DNA from: Candidatus Sulfomarinibacteraceae bacterium
GTDB taxonomy: Bacteria; Acidobacteriota; Thermoanaerobaculia; Thermoanaerobaculales; Sulfomarinibacteraceae
Direction: 5' to 3'
Length of the DNA stretch: 64,000 nucleotides
Assembly: GCA_963796455.1 (NCBI GenBank)
Contig: CAWCLO010000010.1
Coordinates: 672,001-736,000 of the forward strand
Part shown: piece after piece, positions 39,522 to 48,873 of the stretch
Numbering within the stretch: the first letter of the stretch is position 1
Layout: every line of letters starts with the position of its first letter
Program-made: the position numbers and the translations under genes
Notes under the pieces: generated by a model
Databases searched by the model: none
What the model saw: only the letters and a program-made list of their open reading frames with translations
Told to the model about the DNA's origin: nothing

Positions 39522-41843
39522 TCAGCCGAGCGCTCGGTGCGGGGCGGCGAGGAAGCAGGCGAGGTAGCCGGCCCGTCCGCGCAGCGTCGGCAGCGGTGTT
39601 GCCAGTCCCGGGTCCTGACGGCGAAGACCGTCATACATCTTCGCCAGCTCGAATCGGTTGCGGAAGAGCCACATCTCCATCGGTTCTCCCGGGTTGAGTT
39701 CGGGAGTCTGGATCGGGACCTGGATGGCGTGGAGCAGGACGTCGTCGGACTCCCGGTACTCGCCAAAGATCCACTTTCGCCGGCCGTCCTCGATCAGATA
39801 GGTGATGACCAGGAGATTGGTGCCGATGCTCTTGGTGACGAAGCCGTCACCGGCGTCCTCCGGATCCTCGCCCTGACTGAGGCGACGCAGCAGGCTGAAC
39901 ATGGGTCGCTCGAAAGGGACCACTTCGGCATCTTCCGGAACTTCGGTCCACACCGCCGCCTCGGCCAGTTCCTGTGCAGGAAGCCCCTTGAGACGGGCGA
40001 CCCCGAGGTGACGCAGACCGACGTAGAGAGTATCCGGGAGGCCGGAGTCGACCGGAAGCAGCAACCAACGATGGTTGTCCATCGTCACGACCCAAAGATG
40101 TTCGAGATCGAGCTCCATTCCGAGTTCTTCGATGAAGGGCAGGGCCACGACAATTCCTTCGTTGAACAGCTCGCCGTGGCTGTCGAGGGTCGCAGCATAA
40201 GGTCGGGTCGAAACCTGCTCGCCGCCGCCCCTGGCCGTAGCAAGTGGTGAGAGAAAGCTATCGACCTCAGCCGGGTTGTAGCCGGAGTGGATCAGAAATT
40301 CAGCGATGTCCGCAACTTCGCGGGCGCTCTTGCCGGTGGTCATTCGTGCCAGTTCGACGATGCCGTGGCCGAAGAACTCGAAGCGTTTGGCCTGGGGGCC
40401 GGGGTTGAGCATCGGCAGCAGACGATAGACCCCGAAGTTGATGGCAATGCGAATACCGTTGTTGAATGGAAAACCGACGCTTCGCAGCTGCTCGTATACA
40501 CGCTGGATTTCGCAAGCTGCCGCGATCACCCGGAGACCGCGCCGCGAGGTGTAGAAGGCGCCATCACCGAGGAATTTTTCGAAGGTGAGGCGGCGGCGGA
40601 GCCGAATCGCCTCGAGACGATTCTGGAATACGTACATGAACTGGAGGGCCCGTTCCTCCGCCATGCGACCCGCCTTGCGGACCTCCTCGAGGACCGTGGT
40701 GAAATTCGAGAGGTCGTAAATCAACCCGAAACGTCGGACGGCCGAATCGACCACGCCAGGGGCAGTGAAATCGTAAGGGCGGGTCGTCTTGGCGATCGGG
40801 GTCGCCGCCGAGCTCCCGACGAGCACCAGGGTCGTTCCCTGCCGCTGCATCGGCAGGATCCGGCGTCGTAGGGCGGCCAGCAGCTCGAATGTCTTGAGCC
40901 GCAGCCCGAGATCGCGGAGCAGGTCCATCTGCATCATCGACAGCTCGAGGGTTTCGGCGAGCCCGCCGCTGTGGATCGCATCGAGAAGCCTCGGTTCGAG
41001 CAGGCTCTCGATGCGATCCAGCTTGAGACTCGAGCCGACGGCCAGCCGCAGCAGATTGCCGACCTCGGGCCGCCGCTCGACAAGATCGACGAGACGATCG
41101 AGCACGTTGCGGTTGGCGACGGTGAGGGCACTGGCGCTTTGTCGGAATCGTGCCTGCAAAAAACCACTCAATTGAATAAATTGGGTCGGCGGACGGTTTT
41201 CGGTGAGAAGCAATTGATCCTGGCAGATGATGCCGAGGAGAGGAGTCAGTGCCGGCGTGACCTGGACCTCAGCCAGTTGCCTGAGGTGATCGGTGGCGTC
41301 GATTGCGGCGCGTCGGAGGAGATCGGCGATGACGCCGGCGATAGCCTGGCGGATGTCTTCGCCACCGCGGTTTTCGGCGGTGGTTTTCGGGACTTTGGAC
41401 AGGGCGCGGTAGATCTCCCCGGAGTGGAAGAGCAGGAAGAGATCGACCAGGCCCCGGTGATAGTCGTTCATGACGACGTTTTCCATCGTTGCCGAGACTG
41501 ATTTCTGATAGCGATCGCGACAGCTTCGCACCTGTCGTTTATCTTCGTCATTACGATCCCGGCTCCGAACGCGATAGTCGAACTCCGCCTTGACCAGTCC
41601 ATCGAGGTCCCGCCGGAGTTTGAGCACGCCATCGGACAAGAGAATCGGGAAACCCCAGGTCATGACCCGTTCTTCGTCGCGGCCAAAAATCGGGAACGGC
41701 GCCGGCAGCGATGCGGCGAGGGCGGGGAAAAGCTCACACCACCGTCCACCGACCTCCTCCGGTGTCAGGTAGGTCGGATGCTGGAGGTCTTCAGACAGAA
41801 CCTGAGCGAAGGCCTCCATGGACTTCTCGTCGCGCGTCATCAC
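39522..41843 (-). CDS. large cytoplasmic protein with a divergent class III nucleotidyl cyclase domain
   Basis: GLIYDLSNFT, FEKFLGDGAF, IRIAINFG and FEFFGHGIVELARM align with the FxDIxGFT, KxxGD, RIGIxxG and GxxVNxAAR motifs. Confidence 0.65.
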   Translation of the reverse strand: MMTRDEKSMEAFAQVLSEDLQHPTYLTPEEVGGRWCELFPALAASLPAPFPIFGRDEERVMTWGFPILLSDGVLKLRRDLDGLVKAEFDYRVRSRDRNDEDKRQVRSCRDRYQKSVSATMENVVMNDYHRGLVDLFLLFHSGEIYRALSKVPKTTAENRGGEDIRQAIAGVIADLLRRAAIDATDHLRQLAEVQVTPALTPLLGIICQDQLLLTENRPPTQFIQLSGFLQARFRQSASALTVANRNVLDRLVDLVERRPEVGNLLRLAVGSSLKLDRIESLLEPRLLDAIHSGGLAETLELSMMQMDLLRDLGLRLKTFELLAALRRRILPMQRQGTTLVLVGSSAATPIAKTTRPYDFTAPGVVDSAVRRFGLIYDLSNFTTVLEEVRKAGRMAEERALQFMYVFQNRLEAIRLRRRLTFEKFLGDGAFYTSRRGLRVIAAACEIQRVYEQLRSVGFPFNNGIRIAINFGVYRLLPMLNPGPQAKRFEFFGHGIVELARMTTGKSAREVADIAEFLIHSGYNPAEVDSFLSPLATARGGGEQVSTRPYAATLDSHGELFNEGIVVALPFIEELGMELDLEHLWVVTMDNHRWLLLPVDSGLPDTLYVGLRHLGVARLKGLPAQELAEAAVWTEVPEDAEVVPFERPMFSLLRRLSQGEDPEDAGDGFVTKSIGTNLLVITYLIEDGRRKWIFGEYRESDDVLLHAIQVPIQTPELNPGEPMEMWLFRNRFELAKMYDGLRRQDPGLATPLPTLRGRAGYLACFLAAPHRALG

Positions 41844-41966
41844 CCCATTGTATCCGCAAGCCCGCCGAGCATGAACTGATGTGGAAAAATGGATCTGAAC
41901 ACCAGATTAAAAGGAACTGTTGTCCAGATCATCTACATACGAAACAATCTGTGATAAACCATTTAT

Positions 41967-43004
41967 ATGCTGTTCGAGTACCTGGTACGCGTGATCGGGG
42001 AAAGCCCGTTCTTTCAGGGCATGGCCGCTGAGGAGCAAATGTCGCTGGCCCGCCTGGGGGGTGTGGACGTTCACCCGGCGGGTGGGGTCCTTTTCAGCCC
42101 CGGTGATGTGCCGTCGGCGCTCTATCTGGTGCTCGACGGGGTGGCGGAGGTCTGTCGAGAGGAGAGCCCGGCGCTCGGAGTTCAACCGGTCGCATATCTT
42201 GGCGTCGGTTCGACCCTGTGCGAGAGCAAAGTTCTGACCGGCACCACCCTCAACGCGCTCGCTCATTTTCCCGAGGGCGGCACGACCTTGCAGTGGCCGC
42301 GTCCGATCCTTCTTCGCCAGCTCTACTCGTCGCGGGCCCTCGGGCTGCAATATCTGCAGAGCCTGGCCCGCAGGCTCGAGGGAACCGTCGCCAATCTGGG
42401 CCAACACAGCGGATCGAATCTGCGCGGCAAACTCGAACAATTCGATCTCCCCGCCATCCTGCAGACGGTAGTTGATTCGGGTGCCTGTGGTGTTCTCGAG
42501 ATCGTCGACGCGGATGGCCAGCCCTTTGGCAATATCCATACCCGGAACAAGCTCATCGGCACCATGGCATGCCGCAGCCTCGATGGCACCGCGGCCTTTC
42601 TCGAAATCCTCAATTCTCCCCCTCACGGTGGAAGCTTCAGATTTACCAACGTGGATGTTCCGTTTGAAGACCAACAATTCCGCCCGCTGCAGCCGCTTCT
42701 GATGGAAGCGGCCCGGGTTCAGGATGAGTTCACACACTTTGCCGCGACGGTCGCGCCGACTGCTTTTCTGCAGCCGTCCTCGAGACAGCTCGATTTTGTC
42801 GGTGATGCCGATCCGGTGTTGGTGGACGCCATCTGGCATCAACTGTCTGCCCAGTCGTGTGGCTGGGGTGTGTTGATCGAGCTCCTGCCCTTCAGCAAGG
42901 GCCAGATAGCTCTGGCGGTGCGGGACATGCTTCTCGCCGGTGTCATTGTTGTGGATCGCGGTTTTGAAGCGGGTGAAGCGGGGGTTGCCGAGGGTTGGTC
43001 CTGA
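41967..43004 (+). CDS. cNMP-binding-like domain plus DUF4388 (PatA-N-like) protein
   Basis: SPFFQGM, LFSPGD...LYLVLDG (cNMP fold); LRGKLEQFDLPAILQ...GVLEI and LLMEAARVQDE (DUF4388). Confidence 0.75.
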   Translation: MLFEYLVRVIGESPFFQGMAAEEQMSLARLGGVDVHPAGGVLFSPGDVPSALYLVLDGVAEVCREESPALGVQPVAYLGVGSTLCESKVLTGTTLNALAHFPEGGTTLQWPRPILLRQLYSSRALGLQYLQSLARRLEGTVANLGQHSGSNLRGKLEQFDLPAILQTVVDSGACGVLEIVDADGQPFGNIHTRNKLIGTMACRSLDGTAAFLEILNSPPHGGSFRFTNVDVPFEDQQFRPLQPLLMEAARVQDEFTHFAATVAPTAFLQPSSRQLDFVGDADPVLVDAIWHQLSAQSCGWGVLIELLPFSKGQIALAVRDMLLAGVIVVDRGFEAGEAGVAEGWS

Positions 43005-43017
43005 GGGGGGCGAGGTC

Positions 43018-45693
43018 ATGAGACGTCGCCGCGTCGTGCTGACCATTGTGACGATTCTGGTGATTGCTGGGGCAGGCAGCTCCGTGATTCGGACGGTGCG
43101 GAGTTTCTACCGTCTCGATTTTCCGGTCTCGTGGGTCGAACAGGGTCTCGTGGTCAATTCCGTTCCCTCGGGCTCGAGCGCCGAGATGGCAGGTCTTGCT
43201 GAAGGTGATCTGGTGGTCAGCATCGATGGAATTCCCATCGAGCGGCTTGAAGATCCGGCCTTCGTTCTCGCCGGTGGTCAGGAGCATGTTCTGGATGTCC
43301 ATCGTCCGGAGGGGGAAGTGGCTGAAATTCGGCTGCAGTCGCCGCCGCCAACTATCAACTCCGTCTATCTCGTTCGAACCGCGGTGGCTTTCTTCAGCCT
43401 GGGGTGCGCGCTCTATGCCTTGTGGAACACCCGCCGGAGGGAGGCGGCCACCTTCCTCGTGCTTGCCGCTGCCGCGTTGGTCATCGGCGCTGTGCCCGCG
43501 CGCACGGCTTCAACCGAACTTGGTCTGGCCATCCTCAGACGGACCGCCGGTGCCGCCCTGCCGTTTTTGATAGTCCGCTTCTTCACGGTTTTTCCCGCCA
43601 GCAAACGATCGATGCGGCTTTGGGACTTTTTGACCGTGGTGGCGGCCGTCGCATCCGGGCTGACCGCTCTTTTCCCGAGCGCAGGGGCCTGGTGGCAGGT
43701 GGTCATGTCGCTGCTGCGGGTGCTTTTCAACGCCTCCCTCCTGTACGGGATCGTTCTCCAGGTCATGCGTTGGCGGTCGGCTGCCCAGGACCTCCGAATC
43801 CGGCGCCAGATCGAATGGGCGGCTCTGGGTCTTTTTGTCGGCCTGGCGCCGTTTTTCATGCTGGTGTTGGTGCCCGGGTGGCTGGGTTTTGAATTCGTGC
43901 CGTTTTCGTGGCTCGCAATACTCCCGATGAGCGCCATCCCGATCGGCGTCGCCGCCGCGCTGCATGAATATCGACTCTGGGATCTCGAGCCGATCACCCG
44001 CGATCTGATGTCGGCGACGTTGGTTGTGGTTGCCGGGGGGCTCATTTTCGCCCTGACAAACCACCTGCTTCTGAGATACACAGGTGGACTGGGTTCCCTC
44101 CGCAACCTTTTCGCCTTTGCCACCGGGGTGCTGCTGGTCGTGCTTTTGCAGCCGGTGCGGCTTCGGGTCGAACGTTTTCTTGATGAGTGGCTCTACCAGG
44201 GCCGACCGGCGCCGCGCTCACTGCTCACCGGCGCCTCCCGGGAACTCGCCCGGCTCACCGATCCCCGCGAGCTTTTGGTCCAGCTGTCCAAGACCCTCAC
44301 CGAAGGCATGGAAATCGATCTCGTCGCCACCTATCTCCAGATCGACGCCGACACATTCGGCCGGATCACCGGCGACGGCGGCAGTATTGCGGACCGGCTT
44401 CCTCACGAGGTCCTCGATGAGGACTATCCCTCCGAGGACGAGGACTCCCTCGCCCTCGCGGGCTATGCCGTGAGAATACCGCTCGAACGTGTGGGTATCG
44501 TTCACGGTTTGCTCTATCTCGGCCTCAGGCGGGGAGTTTTTCCTCTCGGCAGCGAAGGAGAAGAAGTGGTGGCCTCCTTTGCCGCCCAGGCGGCGCTGGC
44601 TCTGGAGAGCGCCCGCTACCTCGACGATCTTCGCCAGCAGGCGGAGGAGTATCGCATCCTTCACACCAACACCCAACGGATCATCGAGTCCTCGGCGGCG
44701 GCGATCCTGGTTTGTGACGCCGCGGCTCATATCCTGTCGGCAAATCGGCAGGCCGCGGGCCTTTTCGAACGCGAGGCGCAGGAACTCGTCGGGCTCGACC
44801 TCGGTTCACTGGTAGACCTTCCCGAAGCCTGGCGCATCGAGGTGCCGCCGCACGCGCTGAACACCGAGGCACGCACCTTTACCAACCCACCGCGACGGGT
44901 CATTCTGGCGGTGTCGGTCCTCGAGCTCGACAGCGGAAGCTTCAACGGCCGCGTGGTCGTGCTGCAGGATGTGACCGAACTCAGAAACCTGCAAGATCGC
45001 ATGCGGGAACAGGAACGTCTGGCCGGTCTCGGTCGACTGGCCTCGGGTCTTGCCCACGAGATCAACACGCCCCTGACCGGGATCTCGTCCTTTGCCCAGA
45101 TGCTCGGCGAAATGACACCCGAGGACGATCCGCGGTCGAACCTGGTCACCAAACTGGTCGATCAGAGCTTCAGGGTCTCACGGATCGTCTCCAACCTTCG
45201 CGCCATGGTGCGCGGCTCGAGCGACAGCCGCATGGTGCTCGAGGTCGGTGGGGTCGTCGTTCGGGCGGCCCAGGAGGCGGCCCGTTCTCTCGGCGCCGAG
45301 GAGGCCCTCCAAATCGAGGCCGCAGAGGAACCGGTCATGGTGTGGGCCTCGGTGGCGCCGCTTGAACTGGCGGTGGGCAATCTCGTTCGCAACGCGATCG
45401 AAGCTTCTCCACCCGGAGCTCCTGTTCGCTTTTCGGTCGTGGTCTTTCCCGAATGGGCGGAAATCGTCGTCGAAGACTCGGGCCCGGGGCTTCCAGAAGA
45501 CCGTGCCGACAAGATCTTCGAACCGTTCTTCACCACCAAAACCGATCGCGGCGGCACCGGGCTGGGTCTCGCGATCACCCGTGATATGATCTCCCAACTC
45601 GGCGGCGAAGTCTCCCTCGACGATACTGATGGAGGCGGTGCGCGCGCCACGATCAGGTTACAAAGATGGCAGGAACCGGAACAGTCCTCGTAA
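43018..45693 (+). CDS. membrane sensor histidine kinase (PDZ, multi-TM, GAF-like, PAS, HisKA, HATPase)
   Basis: SSAEMAGLAEGDLVVSIDG (PDZ); many TM segments; GLAHEINTPL, NLVRNA, DSGPG, FEPFFTTK, GTGLGL. Confidence 0.9.
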   Translation: MRRRRVVLTIVTILVIAGAGSSVIRTVRSFYRLDFPVSWVEQGLVVNSVPSGSSAEMAGLAEGDLVVSIDGIPIERLEDPAFVLAGGQEHVLDVHRPEGEVAEIRLQSPPPTINSVYLVRTAVAFFSLGCALYALWNTRRREAATFLVLAAAALVIGAVPARTASTELGLAILRRTAGAALPFLIVRFFTVFPASKRSMRLWDFLTVVAAVASGLTALFPSAGAWWQVVMSLLRVLFNASLLYGIVLQVMRWRSAAQDLRIRRQIEWAALGLFVGLAPFFMLVLVPGWLGFEFVPFSWLAILPMSAIPIGVAAALHEYRLWDLEPITRDLMSATLVVVAGGLIFALTNHLLLRYTGGLGSLRNLFAFATGVLLVVLLQPVRLRVERFLDEWLYQGRPAPRSLLTGASRELARLTDPRELLVQLSKTLTEGMEIDLVATYLQIDADTFGRITGDGGSIADRLPHEVLDEDYPSEDEDSLALAGYAVRIPLERVGIVHGLLYLGLRRGVFPLGSEGEEVVASFAAQAALALESARYLDDLRQQAEEYRILHTNTQRIIESSAAAILVCDAAAHILSANRQAAGLFEREAQELVGLDLGSLVDLPEAWRIEVPPHALNTEARTFTNPPRRVILAVSVLELDSGSFNGRVVVLQDVTELRNLQDRMREQERLAGLGRLASGLAHEINTPLTGISSFAQMLGEMTPEDDPRSNLVTKLVDQSFRVSRIVSNLRAMVRGSSDSRMVLEVGGVVVRAAQEAARSLGAEEALQIEAAEEPVMVWASVAPLELAVGNLVRNAIEASPPGAPVRFSVVVFPEWAEIVVEDSGPGLPEDRADKIFEPFFTTKTDRGGTGLGLAITRDMISQLGGEVSLDDTDGGGARATIRLQRWQEPEQSS

Positions 45694-47042
45694 TTGACGA
45701 CGAGCCCGTCCTTCAGGATGTGCTGAGCGCGCTCCTGCGTGGCGATGGCTATGAATGCCACCAGGCGACCACCGCCGCTGACGGCATGCGGATACTCCGT
45801 GAAGAGGAGATCGATGTCGTTCTTCTCGATCTGATGCTTCCCGACCGCCCGGGGCTCGAGATCCTGCCCGAGATCAAGGCCTTCGATCCGCAGCTGCCGG
45901 TGGTGGTCATCACCGCCTACTCTTCGGTTGAGTCGGCCATCGAGGCCATGCGGGGCGGCGCATTTCACTACGTTCCCAAACCCTTCAAAAATGAAGAGGT
46001 TCTATCGCTGGTGCGGCGGGCTGCCGAGCGCCGATCGCTCATGGTGGAAAACGTCCAGCTCCGAAGCCGGCTCGATGGCATGGGAGAGATCGTCGGCACT
46101 AGCCGCCGCATGGAAGAGATCTTCGAACTCATGCGGCGGGCTGCGCCCGCCCGTTCGACCATCCTCATCAACGGCGAGTCGGGCACCGGCAAAGAACTGG
46201 TGGCGCGGGCCATCCATCGCCTCAGTCCACGCGGCGACCGGCCCTTTGTTCCCGTTCATACAACCGCCATCCCGGCCGACCTTCTCGAGTCGACCCTCTT
46301 CGGTCACGTCAAGGGTGCGTTCACCGGCGCCATCAACAACCGGAAGGGACTCTTTGAGGCCGCCCACCATGGCACGCTCTTTTTGGACGAAGTCGGTACC
46401 ATTACGGGTGAGACGCAGACGAAGCTGTTGCGGGTGATTCAGGAGCGCGAGATCCGCCGCGTCGGCAGTGTCGAGTCGACGGCCGTTGACACCCGCCTGG
46501 TTGCCGCCACCAACACGAATCTCTGGCAAGAGGTCCAGGATGGCAACTTCCGCGAAGATCTCTACTATCGACTCAACGTCATCACCCTCGAGCTGCCGCC
46601 CCTGCGCGACCGTCAGGATGATATCCCCTTGTTGGCGACTCATTTTCTGAGCGCCTTCGCCGAGGAGAACAAGCGCGAGATCGAGGGCTTCTCATCCGAT
46701 GCGATGGATGCAATGACGAGCTATCACTGGCCCGGCAATGTGCGCGAGCTCGAAAATGCGGTCGAGCGCGCGGTGGTTCTGTGCCGGGCCGAGACGATCG
46801 AGGTCGACGAGCTCCCGCAGTCGCTGCGGGGAGATGCTCCGACGCCCGTGTTGGCATCGGCCTTTCCACCGGAAGGGCTCGATTTCCGCAAGGCGGTTGC
46901 CAATTATCAGGAAACGCTCATACGCGAAGCCCTTAACCGTGGTGACCGGGTGCAACGGCGCGCTGCGGGGCTGCTCAAGCTCAGTCCGACCACATTGAAC
47001 GAGATGATCCACCGGCTCGGGATCGATCTCGACGAGGACTGA
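45666..47042 (+). CDS. sigma54-dependent response regulator
   Basis: Receiver domain; GESGTGKE, LFGHVKGAFTGA, FLDEVG, WPGNVRELEN; overlaps the kinase gene. Confidence 0.95.
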   Translation: MAGTGTVLVIDDEPVLQDVLSALLRGDGYECHQATTAADGMRILREEEIDVVLLDLMLPDRPGLEILPEIKAFDPQLPVVVITAYSSVESAIEAMRGGAFHYVPKPFKNEEVLSLVRRAAERRSLMVENVQLRSRLDGMGEIVGTSRRMEEIFELMRRAAPARSTILINGESGTGKELVARAIHRLSPRGDRPFVPVHTTAIPADLLESTLFGHVKGAFTGAINNRKGLFEAAHHGTLFLDEVGTITGETQTKLLRVIQEREIRRVGSVESTAVDTRLVAATNTNLWQEVQDGNFREDLYYRLNVITLELPPLRDRQDDIPLLATHFLSAFAEENKREIEGFSSDAMDAMTSYHWPGNVRELENAVERAVVLCRAETIEVDELPQSLRGDAPTPVLASAFPPEGLDFRKAVANYQETLIREALNRGDRVQRRAAGLLKLSPTTLNEMIHRLGIDLDED

Positions 47043-47162
47043 ACCGCCCACCTGGATACGGGATCCAGGTCACAGGATTCATCGCACACCGTCCTCCCTC
47101 TCCGATCCCGCTCCCGAAAGGGTGCATGGGAGAAAGGGGGAAAGGGAGAACGCCCGCAACAC

Positions 47163-47520
47163 GATGCTCGGTACTCGATGCTGGATCACTCTTTTCCAAG
47201 AGAGAGCCTCGGACAGCGTACAGGGACAGGGAACGGCTGACAGCGACAACGAACAGGAGTCAGCGGCAGCATTCAGTCATCAGCGGCTGTCTTCAGCGAC
47301 AGCGTCCAGTCGACCGGTATGGAGAGCTGAAATCAAGACTTTGGTCGAGCAAACGGCAGGTCATCGCACGGACCTGATCGCTGCCCCTGATCTCTGCCTC
47401 TGAACACTGATCCCTGTCGCTGACGCTGGACAATGTCCCTGCCGCTGCAATTCCTGCACAGAGACGGAAACAGAGAAGGGCGCCTGGAAGCTTTTGCGAC
47501 ATCCAGCGTCCAGCATCCAG
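47163..47520. repeat. composite inverted repeat element (same family as 20358-20716)
   Basis: GATGCTC GGTACTC GATGCTG GATCAC, then CAGCGA-like and TCGCTG-like arms, then CATCCAG CGTCCAG CATCCAG. Confidence 0.75.
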
Positions 47521-47745
47521 GTGGTTGGGTGGCACACACGCCGACGGCCCCGTGTGTTTGGGGGATACGGGGCCGCCGGCAGAAAGGAGGTTGTGATGCA
47601 ATTGAAATTACGAATCATTCACAAAAAGGTTTCAATGATTGAAACTGGTCCGCTCGGAGGAACCACAGATCACGCAGATGAGCGCAGATAACGGGCCCAA
47701 AGTTTGCCTGATGATCCAGGCAGACGCCTGAGATGCAGACTTGGT

Positions 47746-47794
47746 GAAATCCGAAATCCGAAATCCGAAATCCGAAATCCGAAATCCGAAATTC
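47746..47794. repeat. (GAAATCC)x6 plus GAAATTC heptamer array
   Basis: Six perfect units and one variant, starting 8 nt after the mnmA stop; reads TTTCGGA on the mnmA strand, like the array after purB. Confidence 0.95.
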
Positions 47795-47802
47795 CTAATT
47801 CA

Positions 47803-48858
47803 TCACTCCATGACCCCACCCCCCAGACACTCCTCGCCGTCGTAGAGCACCGCGAATTGTCCGGGTGCGATTCCCGGGTCGGAAGCATCCAAGAGATCCA
47901 CCACCAGCCCGCCATAGGCGCATTCGCTGACCGTGCAGCGGTCGATCCTCTCACCGTGTCGGAGTCGGACCAGGAGGCCGGTCTGTTGGGGCGACTCGGC
48001 GATCCAGTGGGGCTTCTTGATCTGAAAACTCGTCCGGGCACGATTCTCGAGCTTGTCGCCGTGAATCACCTCGATGACGTTGGCCTCGGGATCCTTGGCG
48101 ACCACGTACCACGGGCCGCCTGAAAGCCCGAGACCGCGGCGCTGACCGATGGTGTGGAACCAGGTGCCGTGGTGTTCACCCAACACCCGGCTGCTTTCGG
48201 TCTCACGGATTTCTCCGGGTCGTTCGCCGAGGTGGTGGCCGACAAAATCGTTGAAAGGGACGCGGCCGAGAAAACATATGCCCTGACTGTCGGGACGGGC
48301 GGCGTTGGGCAATTCGAGCCTGCTGGCCTCTTCGCGGACTTCGGCCTTCATCAGATGGCCGATCGGAAAAACGGCGCGAGCGATCTGATCCTGGGTCATC
48401 TGGGAAAGAAAATAGGTCTGGTCCTTGCGCGGGTCGGCCGCCCGAAGAAGTCGCGTCAGGCCATCGCGCTTTTTGGTGCGGGCGTAGTGGCCCGAGGCGA
48501 CCGCGTCGAATCCGTCGTCGATTCGATCCACGAATGCTCCGAACTTGATCATCCGGTTGCACATGACGTCCGGACTCGGGGTATGGCCTGCTTCAAGATC
48601 GGCCAGCGCATAGGCCACGACGGTGTCGAGGTATTCACGCTGCAGCGGGATGATTTCGAGTGGCACCCCGGCCCTTTCGCAGACGGAATTCGCGTTCTCG
48701 AGATCCTCCTCCCAGGGACAAGAGCCGAGAAAGGCCATCTCGTCCTCGAGCCAGATCTTCAGGTAAAAGGCCGTCAGCTCGTGCACACCCTCCTCGGCCA
48801 GTCGCATGAGAGCAACAGAGGAGTCCACACCACCCGAGGCGAGAACCGCGATCTTCAC
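47803..48858 (-). CDS. mnmA: tRNA-specific 2-thiouridylase
   Basis: SGGVDSS, TPSPDVMCN, SGHYA, KDQTYFL, DSQGICF, TIGQRRGLG, PGQFAVLY. Confidence 0.97.
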   Translation of the reverse strand: MKIAVLASGGVDSSVALMRLAEEGVHELTAFYLKIWLEDEMAFLGSCPWEEDLENANSVCERAGVPLEIIPLQREYLDTVVAYALADLEAGHTPSPDVMCNRMIKFGAFVDRIDDGFDAVASGHYARTKKRDGLTRLLRAADPRKDQTYFLSQMTQDQIARAVFPIGHLMKAEVREEASRLELPNAARPDSQGICFLGRVPFNDFVGHHLGERPGEIRETESSRVLGEHHGTWFHTIGQRRGLGLSGGPWYVVAKDPEANVIEVIHGDKLENRARTSFQIKKPHWIAESPQQTGLLVRLRHGERIDRCTVSECAYGGLVVDLLDASDPGIAPGQFAVLYDGEECLGGGVME

Positions 48859-48873
48859 CGGTACAGGATACTC

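Noticed and set aside
39303..40250. 315-aa plus-strand ORF starting NRKERKERKE
   Set aside because: The start is the translated CGCAAAG array and the rest is antisense to the cyclase-like gene
41950..41965. CRP-like site upstream of the cNMP-domain gene
   Set aside because: Only the TGTGA half-site matches; the second half (ATTTA) does not resemble TCACA
47629..47645. GTTTCAAT...ATTGAAAC resembles the ends of CRISPR repeats
   Set aside because: Single 17-bp palindrome, with no repeat-spacer periodicity and no cas genes in the window
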